The notes under the pieces: generated by a model | The model's database searches: none | Told to the model about the DNA's origin: nothing | The model's input: only the letters and a program-made list of their open reading frames with translations | Made by a program: the position numbers and the translations under genes | Source: Eledone cirrhosa | Lineage: Eukaryota | Assembly: GCA_964016885.1 (NCBI GenBank) | Contig: OZ024765.1 | Span: 7,006,001 to 7,070,000 of the forward strand | Direction: 5' to 3' | DNA length: 64,000 nt | In this document: piece after piece, positions 12,902-24,387 of the stretch | Numbering within the stretch: position 1 is the first letter of the stretch | Layout: the number at the start of each line of letters is the position of its first letter

Positions 12902-13015
12902 ATATAGATGAGATTCTACAGGACTAGAACTGTTTCATTCTTTAGAGATCATCAGGAATTCCTGATGATCTCTAAAGAATGAAACAGTTCTAGTCCTGTA
13001 GAATCTCATCTATAT
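12902..13015. repeat. Perfect 114-bp palindrome with no spacer
   Basis: Centre GAA|TTC at 12956-12961; the 57-bp arms read as exact reverse complements. Confidence 0.95.
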
Positions 13016-13360
13016 ATATGTATATAAAAGGTAAACAGAAATAACAACACAATTGGGACAGTATATGGAAGGGATATATTAAGTTAACGCTTGAAATAGC
13101 AGGAAGAGGGTCTTAACGTTTTGGACGCTAGAAGTCACGGGTGGGGTGGAATTGGAAAAAATCTCTTTAGATAAAAAAAACATGTCCATTCATGTTGACA
13201 TCTTGTGTAGGTGTGTGTATGTATGTATATGTAGATATATATGCGTGTATATATATATATATATATTTATATGTAAAAGTTTTATTTAAGATTGTTGGGT
13301 TACAACGAGTAAATATTTTATAACTGATATAAAAGCACTCAACAGTTTCTGGAGTAGGTT

Positions 13361-13717
13361 TACGATATTAAACAAATGGAAACTATATTTATAAAACCAT
13401 ATTTATTTCGTTATATATATTTCTGGGATATCATATTAAAAATATGTTATGCCTTCCTCAGACAAAATACAATACATAAGCTGTTTTATAAATAATTAGT
13501 GACATACCTTTTGAGAATGCAACTTCCTTTTAAAATCAACTTTTTTAAAAGGAAGTTGCATTCTCAAAAGGTATGTCACTAATTATTTATAAAACAGCTT
13601 ATGTATTGTATTTTGTCTGAGGAAGGCATAACATATTTTTAATATGATATCCCAGAAATATATATAACGAAATAAATATGGTTTTATAAATATAGTTTCC
13701 ATTTGTTTAATATCGTA
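13361..13717. repeat. Near-perfect inverted duplication, ~175-bp arms, few-nt loop
   Basis: TACGATATTAAACAAATGG...CTTCCTTTTAAAA mirrored by TTTTAAAAGGAAG...CCATTTGTTTAATATCGTA. Confidence 0.95.
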
Positions 13718-13807
13718 TATATTTATATATATATATTTATAGAGAGAGAGAGAGAGAGAAATATATATCATCATCATCATCATTTTACGTCCGCTTTTCC
13801 TTGCTTG

Positions 13808-14382
13808 CAGGGTGAGTCAAAGTGATGTTAACACTAGTATGGGAGAAATCCTTTATTCAGAATTTTCTGAACAGTCTCAACCTGGTCACCAGCATTATCA
13901 ATACACAAAGGGCGGTGGATTGGCAGTATCGGTAGAGGGTTTGACGCCATGCTTTCCAGCATAGTTACGTCCCTTTACGATCTGAGTTCAAATCCCGCCG
14001 AGGTTGACTTTGCCTTTCATCCTTACGGGGTCGATAAAATAAAGTACCAGTAATGCACTGGGTAATTGCTGGCCTTGTGCCTAAAGTAGAAACAATTATC
14101 AATACACAAAAACCAGCGATCAACACAACAGTACAATTTGGTGCCTTGACACACATTTCGTAGGGAATACTTGATATGACACCTTCTATTCTGTCCTTGA
14201 GTTCATCGATGTCTCTAACTATTTTGCTATACACGCGCTCCTTTACCATGCCCCATAACCAGAAGTCACAGGGTGTCAGATCAGGGGAGTGTGCAGGCCA
14301 TGTCAATGGTCCACCGCGACCTATCCAACGATTTGGAAATGTTTGATCGAGAAATGTGTTAACATAATTTTGACTCACCCTG
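13808..14382 (-). mobile_element. Internally deleted Tc1/mariner-superfamily DNA transposon, interrupted by a SINE
   Basis: TIRs CAGGGTGAGTCAAA / TTTGACTCACCCTG(TA). Transposase C-terminus RWIGRGGPLTWPAHSPDLTPCDFWLWGMVKERVY carries the WPxxSPDLxPxD motif. Confidence 0.9.
13910..14098 (+). mobile_element. SINE family A, full length, with 16-bp target site duplication
   Basis: Flanked by ATTATCAATACACAAA on both sides; nested in the Tc1/mariner element. Confidence 0.92.
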
Positions 14383-14396
14383 TAGATATATATATA

Positions 14397-14603
14397 AGGC
14401 ACATGGCTTAGTGGTTAGAACATTAGGCTTGCAATCGAAAAGTTGTGAGTTCAATTCTTGGACCAGGTGATGTGTTGTTTCCTTGAGCAAGACACTTTAT
14501 TTCACATTGCTCCAGTTTACTCAGCTGCAGAAGTGAGATGATAGGACTGGGGTCCCTATCATTCCACTGTAAAGTAGTGGTGGAGGTGCCACAGCAAAAA
14601 AAC
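14397..14603 (+). mobile_element. SINE family B, 5' part
   Basis: GGCACATGGCTTAGTGGTTAG head, B box and CORE-like domain. Confidence 0.88.
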
Positions 14604-15149
14604 ACTAATTAGTAAGGTAAATATGTCCATTGGCGGCCATCTTGTTACCCATAGGCAGATCTCACACAATGCAGCCTTGACAGAAGAATACTGTTCGACT
14701 ATGGCAGACAATAGATATACCCAGGACACCATAGTGAAATACCAATATATGGAACATTACATTCATGTAACATTCTTTTTTTATTTTAATTTATATTCCT
14801 TTTGAAGTTCCGATGAGCTGCTCTAATTGTACCTAAGTTAATTATCTTCAACTGAACCAGATCAATAATGATCTATGATCATTTGATCCAGAAACATTAT
14901 ATGGAGTAGCGAAACAATTGTAAACGGACATAATTAATATTATTATTATTATTATTATTCTCTACATTCCTTACATTAAACTAAAACTATGTTGACAATC
15001 TTTTAATAATGTCTTCCTTGTGAAATTTGTGGTCTTGTTTTGTTTAACTAATGAATATATATATAGTTATATATATGATATATATATATGATATATATAT
15101 ATGATATATATATATATATGATATATATATAGAAATATATATATACATA

Positions 15150-16280
15150 TCATCATCATCATCATCATCACCGTTTTACGTCCGTTCTTCCACGCTAGCA
15201 TGGGTTAGACGGGTTGTCCTGTTGTGGGCAGTGTCTGGTCGGCTGACCATGCCTTGCTCATACAGGAACTGATCTGGCTTGATTTCTACAGCTGGATGCC
15301 CTTCCTAACACCAACCTCATTTACAGTGAGTGCTGGGTGCTTTTTCGTGGCGCCTACACGTCCACTTTACAGTGTGGGCTGGGTGCTTTTTTGCCGTGGC
15401 ACCTCCACGACCACCTTGCGGTGGGGGGGGGGGCATATTGTTTATATGCTTCAGCATGTACCCATGGGAGGTCGGGTACCCTGTATTACTGCGTGACGCC
15501 AGAAGTCACGGTCGTGTGTCATTGACTTTGAGAGGTGTAGTTGGGTAAGGTCGGCTTTTATCACCTCATCCCAAGTCATCTTGGGTCTCCCCACTCCGCG
15601 GTTTCCATCAACTTCTAGTGCTCTGCACCTTTTTATGCAGCTGTCATCCTTCATACGCATCACATGTCCATACCAGCGTAACCGCCTCTCCTGCACGCAG
15701 CATTTGATTCCTCTTATGCTCAGTCTCTCTCTCAATTCATTTATGCTTTGTCGTTCACGTATATTACTGTTACACATCCATCGGAGCATGCAGGCTTCGT
15801 TTCTCTCTAATCTACGTAAGTCTTCCACCTTCAGCGCCCAGGTCTCACTACCATGCAACATCGCTGTTCGGATACACGCATCATACAGTCTGCCTTTCAT
15901 TCTGAGGGAGAAGCCTTTTGCAGCTAGCAGTGGTAGTAGTTCCCTAAACTTCTTCCATCCCGTTCTTACCCTAGTTATTGTACTTTCTGAGCACCCACCT
16001 CCGTTGCTAATTCGGTCACCTAGGTAGCAGAAGCTGTCTACTGTTTCTACAGGGCCCTCCCAGAGATTGGTGGTACTTGTTTCCTGTGGCTGTTTGCTTG
16101 CTGTTTCAGCACAGCTGCTGCATGTGAATCCTACATTCTTAATTAAGCTTCCTGAGATCCCGCTACATCTCTTGTGTACCCATTGTTTGCATTTGGGGCA
16201 AAGAATGGAGTTCCTACCTACACCTTTCCTACATACTGAGCAAGGCCATTTCCCTGAGGGGATCTGGGTTCTGTTTTCTC
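15150..16280 (-). mobile_element. 5'-truncated RTE-clade LINE (ORF C-terminus, 3' UTR and (GAT)n tail)
   Basis: ORF 15451..16311 contains the Cys-rich insert KWPCSVCRKGVGRNSILCPKCKQWVHKRCSG, then [34 protein letters not shown] and GRPKMTW, typical of the RTE RT C-terminus. Confidence 0.92.
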
Positions 16281-16498
16281 GTATATATTTGAAAAAAAGG
16301 AAAAGAATCATTTCACTTATAGTTCACTTGTAGTGAAAAAGATTAAAGAGTAACATGGGTCGGCTGTACAACAAGGGGCTTTATTTCAAGTATTAATAAT
16401 TGTTTCATTGATCAGGTGAGTCTAGAGGTCGCTAATTGCTCGAAGTTGCGTAACTCGATCTCCAATACATTATTTACCTTTGATCAAATCCTCAGAAC

Positions 16499-16542
<44 letters not shown>

Positions 16543-16584
16543 TTGCGAGGTTTTTGATATGAAATCGTGTGTCGAAACAAATAT

Positions 16585-17041
16585 TGTTATACTTGGGGAG
16601 GGTCATATTTGTATAATATTGCCAGAAATAATAACAGAACACACTCACTGTTTGGTTGGTTTTCACTTTTCGCTTCTGTGTCTTTTATATCGGTAATCTA
16701 ATTTATTCGGTCCTCAATGTTGCCATTGACTGACCAACGGTCAAAAATAATACAGATACAATATAGACAGAAACACAGATATATAGTTTATCAAAGTTCT
16801 TTTGTTTCACATCTGCAACATCGTCAGTGGTGCTATTGTTTCCTCCCGTTGCATTGTATTTTCTATGCCATCCGTATTATTTTTGACCGTTGGTCAGTCA
16901 ATGGCAACATTGAGGACGAATAAATTAGATTACCGATATAAAAGACACAGAAGCGAAAAGCGAAAACCAACCAAACAGTGAGTGTGTTCTGTTATTAATT
17001 CTGGCAATATTACACAAATATGACCCTCCCCAAGTATAACA
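16585..17041. repeat. Foldback element, ~170-bp inverted arms with ~120-bp spacer
   Basis: TGTTATACTTGGGGAGGGTCATATTTG...GGTCAAAAATAATAC mirrored at 16874-17041. A related single arm lies at 21670-21770. Confidence 0.88.
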
Positions 17042-17059
17042 CTATATATATATATATAT

Positions 17060-17600
17060 ATTTATTAAAATAACAGATTAAAGTTTAAGCAAAGAATCGC
17101 TGCTTTCACCCTTAACGGGATCTTCTGAAACTAACAAAGTCAATCCGTAAACGCAGAAGTGGATATTTCAAAAAACGTTGCAACCGGAGGAAGACAGGAA
17201 GACGATACTTTAGTTCGTGGATACGTTCACTCTGCAAATAAGTAATGGTGTAAACAAAACATATACTTAGCTCCCACATCAAGACATAAAATATCCACGT
17301 ATAGATCGTACTATCCGTTAGGGTATCATGTGGGGCTGTAATACAGGAAAGTTTTGTGCAATTTATGTTTACAAGCCGAAATTGCCTCAGATTTTTTGTT
17401 TTAGATGTGGTCTGTAGCGTATAGTATTTCCAGGGCCTCAGCGGCGCAGAGGTCACATGGTCTTTTATTTCCATTATACGATCTAGCCCTAGCTAGGATT
17501 TCCCAGTGTAACTTATATTGGGTGTGGTTGTCTTTTAGACTCCAGATATAAGCTGAAAGTGACGTCATATTCCTTCTTATCAAGCCCTCTTTGGATTTTA
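17060..17600 (-). mobile_element. Penelope-like element 3' fragment (end of GIY-YIG endonuclease region and 3' UTR)
   Basis: TSLSAYIWSLKDNHTQYKLHWEILARARSYNGNKRPCDLCAAEALEIL matches the TxLSxYIWxLK...WxI...CxLCxxE pattern of PLE endonuclease C-termini. Confidence 0.82.
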
Positions 17601-17620
17601 GTCTTCAAATTTATTATTAT

Positions 17621-17666
<46 letters not shown>

Positions 17667-17819
17667 TATAGTAAAATGACAGAAGGCCTGACAGTTTGAA
17701 TTCCCATAGTTATTTATTCCTGCAAACACTATGCACATTTTAGTGTGCGTAAGACCCGGTGACATCTTTGTTATTTAACCTCGTTCCCACACAGTATTGT
17801 ATATATAATTTTACCTTTG

Positions 17820-17864
<45 letters not shown>

Positions 17865-17985
17865 CATCATCATCATTTAACGTCTATCTTCCACGCTATC
17901 ATGGGTTAGACGGGTTTGTCCCACTTGTAGCAAGTTTGGTGAGGGTGACCATGTCTCACTCGTATATATATATATGTGTGTGTGA

Positions 17986-18028
<43 letters not shown>

Positions 18029-18104
18029 TAAATATATATATACATATACATACATACATATATATATACATATACATACATATAAATATACATACATATA
18101 TACA

Positions 18105-18152
<48 letters not shown>

Positions 18153-18366
18153 TATATATATATATATAGATATATATATACATACATACATGTATATATA
18201 TGTACATATATAGACACATATACATATATATATCTATAGATATATATAGATAGATATACATACATGTATATATATGTACATATATAGACACATATACATA
18301 TACATATATATACACATATACATATATATATACACATACATATATATACACATATACATATACATT

Positions 18367-18434
<68 letters not shown>

Positions 18435-18575
18435 TATATATATATACATGTATGTATGTATATATATATATACATGTATGATTGTATGTATATATATATA
18501 AATATATATATACATTTGTATTTATATTTGTATATATATATATATATATATATAAACATGTATGTATGCATGTGT
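17820..18575. repeat. (TA)n/(TACA)n microsatellite complex with a short RTE-type tail fragment at 17865-17925
   Basis: Direct reading. Confidence 0.9.
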
Positions 18576-19089
18576 GTCTTATGTTATTCTATATAATACT
18601 ATTATAATTTATTCTGCGGGAAAAACTGTGTCAATATTTAAGTAACGTGTTTCATGAAAGGGGATAATGTTTCCAACCCCAGCAATAACACCACAAAAAC
18701 AACAGCAACAATAACAATAACACTGAATTTACATGATATATTCCATCTATTTATAAATTTTTGCGATTCTGTCACAACACTTAAAGAGAGAGTAGTTTGA
18801 CTACCTCATACTACTCTTCTCTCTTTACATCTGCTGCCTGCGTGAATGTATGTGTGTGTAAAAGGAAGGAAGGGGGTGGTGAGAAAACTTTGCTGTGTGT
18901 GAGAGTATGTGTGTTTGTTTAAATATATGTGTGTGTTAGTGTGAATGTTACCCTCCTTATACCTTTCTAATAAAATATTCTAGCTACGCCATGGAAAATT
19001 TAAATATGAAAATGTTGAGGTTGACATTTGCCTTAGGTCAACATGGTTGAGAGGGAGCGGGGAGGGAGTCACTCTGACACAGCCATTAT

Positions 19090-19262
19090 GAATGTATGTG
19101 TGTGTATGCTTGAGTGTGTGTGTGTATGTTTGAGTATGTATGTGTGTGTGTATGTTTGAGTATGTATGTGTGTGTGTTTGAGTGTGTGTGCGTATGTTTG
19201 AGTATGTATGTGTGTGTGTTTGAGTGTGTGTGTATGTTTGTGTGTGTGTGTTTGGCATGTTT
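19090..19262. repeat. (TG)n-based minisatellite (TTTGAGT(A/G)TGT...)
   Basis: Direct reading. Confidence 0.85.
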
Positions 19263-19419
19263 GAATGTGTCGCAACAGGAAATTCAAGCAAGGATTGGTC
19301 TGTGTATGAGATTTTTACTTGTAAACATAACACACACACACACACACATATATATATATTAGGGTAAACATTGATGCAATTCAATTCAAGCACTCAACAT
19401 ACTTTTTCCACATAGGAGT

Positions 19420-19602
19420 CATCATCATTTCATCATCATTTCATTTTACGTCCGCTTTTCCCTGCTTGCAAGGGTGGGACGGGAACTGATTCTGGCTTGA
19501 TTTCTACAGCTGGATGCCATTCCTAACACCAACCTCATTTACAGTGAGTGCTGGGTGCTTTTTTGCCGTGGCACCTCCACGACCACTTTACAGTGGAATG
19601 AT
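19420..19602 (-). mobile_element. SINE family B, 3' part
   Basis: Matches 1280-1455. Confidence 0.85.
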
Positions 19603-20028
19603 GGAGTGACGGAGTAAATATCGAATAAGGAAAAGCGAAGTAGTTTCAGATGTTCAAGTCCTTTAATAATAATGCTGTGATATATATTTCAGTGACGACA
19701 CTGGCCACACTGTTCTGTGTGCGAGTGTCGTGTCATCATCAGACAGCTTGTTACATAATAAGGTTGTTTACGAGGCAATCCAAATTGAATCGACATGGGA
19801 ACGGATGAAGTTCGTGCTTTTGGGTTTTTCATCCGTTCCCTTGTGAGTACCAATTCACCCCCACCGGTCTGCGCAAGCGCATGTCCGAAGGAAGTTGACC
19901 ATTAGTCACCGCAGATTTCAACGAAATTCGCTGTCAGTGCACCCTCTCAGCCAAAACAATGGCCCACCTATACCGTGGGTGTATTTTGTTAGAGGTGCCT
20001 ACTGACTGTAGTAGGTTTCACTTTGTAC

Positions 20029-20522
20029 TTAGGTAAGGCGGGTCTTCTGTATTACTGTGTAGCGCCAAAGATCTCCGCCCAGTGACATTGTCTTGGAGAG
20101 GTGTAAGTGTGTGAGGTCGGAATTTATCAAATCTTCCCAGGTTTTTCTGGGTCTGCCTACTCCGTGGCTACCGTCTATTTTTATTGCCTTGCACTTTTTA
20201 ATACAGCTGTCGTCTTTCATGCGAATCACGTGACCATACCCTCGTAGCCTTCTCTCGAGTAAACAACATCTGATCCCTCTTATTTCTAATTTCTCCCTTA
20301 GTTCGTTTATGCTTTGCCGTTCACGTATATTACTATTACACATCCAGCGGAGCATGCAAGCTTCGTTTCTCTCCTGTCTGCGTATATCCTCTGCACACAA
20401 TGCCCAGGTCTCACTGCCATGCAACATTGCTGTTTGTATGCAGGCATCATACAGCCTGCCTTTCACTTTTAGAGAGAACCCTTTAGCAACCAATAGTGGT
20501 ATAAGCTCTCTGAACTTCCTGA
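20029..20522 (-). mobile_element. Second RTE-clade LINE fragment, diverged from the 15.2-16.3 kb copy
   Basis: [19 protein letters not shown]...[11 protein letters not shown]...GRPRKTW. Confidence 0.9.
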
Positions 20523-20530
20523 TATGTATG

Positions 20531-20577
<47 letters not shown>

Positions 20578-20616
20578 GTATATATGTATATATATATATA
20601 TATGTATATATATATG

Positions 20617-20648
<32 letters not shown>

Positions 20649-20725
20649 TCAGAGAAACAATTGTAAGCTATGAGATTAAAAACATTTTTTGTATAGCAAA
20701 CCATGTCAACCTTCTTTCCTGATTT

Positions 20726-20797
<72 letters not shown>

Positions 20798-21015
20798 ACA
20801 TATATGTATATGTAAATGTGGTTGGTGTTAGGAAGGGCATCCAACTGTAGAAAACCTGCCAGACAGTCCTATGCGAGCAAGACAATCACTCTTGCCTCAA
20901 GTGGGAATACCCCCGTCCAAACCCATGCAAGCGTGGAACACGGACGTTAAACGTTGATGATGATGATGATGATGATGATATATATACATATATATATATA
21001 TATACATATATATAC

Positions 21016-21108
<93 letters not shown>

Positions 21109-21495
21109 CATATATATATACATATATATACATATATACATATATAAACATATATATATATACATATATATACATATATATACATATATATATACATATA
21201 TATATATACATATATATATATACATATATATATATACATATATATATACATATATATATACATATATATATACATATATATATATATACATATATATATA
21301 CATATACATATACACACATATATATACACACACATATATATATATACATATACATATATATATATATACATATACATACACATACATACACATACACATA
21401 CATACACACACATATACATATACACACATATATATACACACATATATATATACACACATATATATATATACATATATATATACATACATATATAC

Positions 21496-21532
<37 letters not shown>

Positions 21533-21541
21533 CATATATAT
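20523..21541. repeat. (TA)n/(TACA)n microsatellites surrounding a plus-strand RTE-type tail at 20815-20978
   Basis: Direct reading. The tail reads GGTTGGTGTTAGGAAGGGCATCC...CCCATGCAAGCGTGGAACACGGACGTTAAACG(TGA)n. Confidence 0.85.
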
Positions 21542-21845
21542 GTTCAACTCTTACTAGCAGCAGAAACAGATGGTTAACAATGATAAACAATAATACTTAA
21601 TTGATTGAAGATGATTGCAAATTTGTTTGTTGCATATTTCATTGATATTTTAAAAACCCTATATTTTTTATTGTTATATTTGGGGAGGTCATGTTGTTAT
21701 AATATTGCCAGAAAAATATAGTAAAACACACTCCCTGTTTGGTTTGGGTTGGTTTTCGCTTCACATATTTTTTTTTATATTTCTATAATTAATTCAACTG
21801 GCAATCAATGTTTATCCTATATTTTGACTCTTCTTATTTTATCAG

Positions 21846-21985
21846 ATAAAAGTGTGGCACAAGTTGCCATTCGGTGGCTCCTGCAGAGAAAGATGGTTGC
21901 CTCGGTTATATTTGGTGCGAAGACAATGGAACAACTTGATGACAATATTGGGGCTTCATCTGGATGGGAGCTGACCCCTAAAGAG
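21846..21985 (+). CDS. Internal exon of an aldo-keto reductase, C-terminal region (YajO/Tas/Kv-beta-like subgroup likely)
   Basis: Acceptor ttcttattttatcAG, donor GAG|GTATAG. Translation DKSVAQVAIRWLLQRKMVASVIFGAKTMEQLDDNIGASSGWELTPKE fits the AKR motif SxAQVALxWLL...IxGAxxxxQLxxN...WxL. Confidence 0.85.
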
Positions 21986-22376
21986 GTATAGCACACTTGG
22001 GGACTATTGTAAAGTTACAGGGGAATAATAGACATTATATGATTTCATCTGGCTGGGAGCTGACCCCTAAAGAATAGCACACATGGGGGCCATTGTGAAG
22101 TTACTGGAGGATAATAGTCATGATATGACTTAATCTAGCTGGGAGCTGACTCCTAAATATATATGGCACATTTGGGGACTATTGTAAAGTTACAGCAGAA
22201 ATAATAGTCATTGAATGACTTCATCTGGCTGGGAGCTGACTCCTAAAGATATATGACACACTTGGGGACTATTGTAAAATTACAGGGGGAATAATAGTTA
22301 TTATATGACTTCATCTGGCTGGGAGTTGGCCCCTAAATATATATGGCACACTTGGGGACTATTATGAAGTTACAGG
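21953..22376. repeat. ~90-bp tandem repeat, 5 copies, spanning the AKR exon 3' end and donor site
   Basis: GGGAG(C/T)TG landmark at 21966, 22055, 22141, 22231 and 22321. Confidence 0.9.
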
Positions 22377-22804
22377 CATTAAATAATGATGGTGATTGTG
22401 GTGGTGATGATTGTAATGATAATTATCATAATGGTATTAATTCAAAATTAGTCAACTCACATATCGATGAAAGAAATCATGGTCTTAGATGTTTATTACC
22501 AAAATCAATAATTGGTGATTGATATTAATTACTACGATCGATGGTTTGCATCTCTAACATAAACGTTACTATCTTGAAGTAAGTATACTTATATATTGAT
22601 TTTTTTTTGTTTTAAATATTAGTAGTTTCACAATTGATATATAAAAACGGAATGAAAGTAAGGTTACACGAGCGTGAAAACAAAAACAAAATTTCCTTCT
22701 GAATATATTTCGGTGACGAAGTATAATATTGATAATAATTTGGTAGAGATCTTAATTCTCACCATACGAAATATATTCCGAAAGAGATATTTGTCCACAC
22801 CCTC

Positions 22805-22837
<33 letters not shown>

Positions 22838-23234
22838 TTTACCTATAATTATGACTAATTTACAAAGTAGAATTGCGCTCTCGAGTGGCACTGCACATAA
22901 CGTTTCGGGCTTCGCTGTTATACTTATGTATGGCGTGACTATTCTATGTGTCTGAAGATCGAATCGTTGCGAGGGTAGCTGGGATTATTTGCAGGCTAGC
23001 CTGCGTCCTGCCACGTAGAATTTTTTTTTTTTTTAATTTAAAAAGTTGATTAGAGTTCTCTCCCTTTATTTGGAAATGCTTCGCTCTTTTCTTGTCATTC
23101 TTTATAACTGAACATCATTCTGGATACTGTGTCCGTGGAAAGAGGTTTGTAATGTTTTATTTGCTGTGTATACTTCAATTCATTATCATTATTATTAAAA
23201 TAAATAAAGAAATCATTATTATTATTATTACAAT

Positions 23235-23440
23235 GGCGGTGGATTGGCAGTATCGGTAGAGAGTCGGACGCCATGCTTTGACGCAGAGTTACGGCCCTTG
23301 CCTTTCTGAGTTCAAATCCCGCCGGGGTTAACTTTGCCTTTCATCCTTACTGGGTCGATAAAATAAAGTACCAGTAATGCTCTGGGATTAATTGCTAGCC
23401 TTGGGCCGAAAAGTAGAAACAATTATTATTATTATTATAG
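23235..23440 (+). mobile_element. SINE family A in an (ATT)n tract
   Basis: Full match to 13910-14098. Confidence 0.9.
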
Positions 23441-23582
23441 TTGCATTTATCTTGCTTTATGTTCATACGAGTTATCACCAAGTCACAACCAGCGACCTCA
23501 AGAGACAACAAGGTCCGCCATGTTCAAGAAAGAACATACATACACACACATGCATCTTTACGTATTTAGACTTGTGATGTAC

Positions 23583-24185
23583 TTATATTGACAGAATCTT
23601 CCTTAGTATATGGGCAGTTCCCATTAGTACTATCGTTTGTATTTCTATACGCAGGTTTCCTGGGATTTGCGATAAGTAATCATTAGACCCCTTAGGTATC
23701 ATTCCTAGAGCGCCTACAACCACTGGTATTGTTTTAGTTTTCCTCTTCCACATTTTTCCAATTTCTATCTCCAGGTCTTTATACTTGCTCAATTTTTCAA
23801 ATGTTTTTATAGATACATTCTTGTCTATTGGAACGGACATATCAATTAGCAGGCATACCCTCTTTTTAAAGTCCTTCACTATTATATCAGGTTTATTTGC
23901 ATCTCTTTTTCGGTCTGTTTGGATGCTAAATTCCACAAGATTGAGATGTGATCTTTTTCAAGTACGGGACGTGGTTGATGCTGCCACCAATTCTTTTGAT
24001 GGGGCAGGTCAAAATGCTTACACATTATCCAATGTATGATCAATGGTCTCTGGTTGTTTTTTACATACACGGCATAATGGGTTGCATCCATTTTTTATAA
24101 TGTTAGCAGACACTGATCGTGTGCTGATATAATCAGTCCTTCAGTCTGCGATTTCAGTCCAGAGGATGCCAACCACTAATGGGTT
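23583..24185 (-). mobile_element. R4/Dong-type non-LTR retrotransposon 3' fragment (restriction-like endonuclease domain), frameshifted
   Basis: HWIMCKHF...WWQHQPRPVLE...IQTDRKRDANKPDIIVKD...CLLIDMSVP...EKLSKYKDL...IPVVVGALG shows the PD-x-D RLE signature. Confidence 0.88.
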
Positions 24186-24200
24186 AACATTATTATTATT

Positions 24201-24387
24201 GGTGGATTGGCAGTATCGGTAGAGGGTCGGACGCCATGCTTTGTAGCATAGTTACGTCCCTTTACGATCTGAGTTCAAATCCCGCCGAGGTTGACTTTGC
24301 CTTTCATCCTTACGGGGTCGATAAAATAAAGTACCAGTAATGCACTGGGTAATTGCTGGCCTTGTGCCTAAAGTAGAGACAATTATT
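24201..24387 (+). mobile_element. SINE family A; a further partial copy lies at 24541-24632
   Basis: Matches the family consensus and follows an (ATT)n run. Confidence 0.9.

Noticed and set aside
15581-16333. Plus-strand ORFs of 148 and 88 aa
   Set aside because: Antisense shadows of the RTE ORF.
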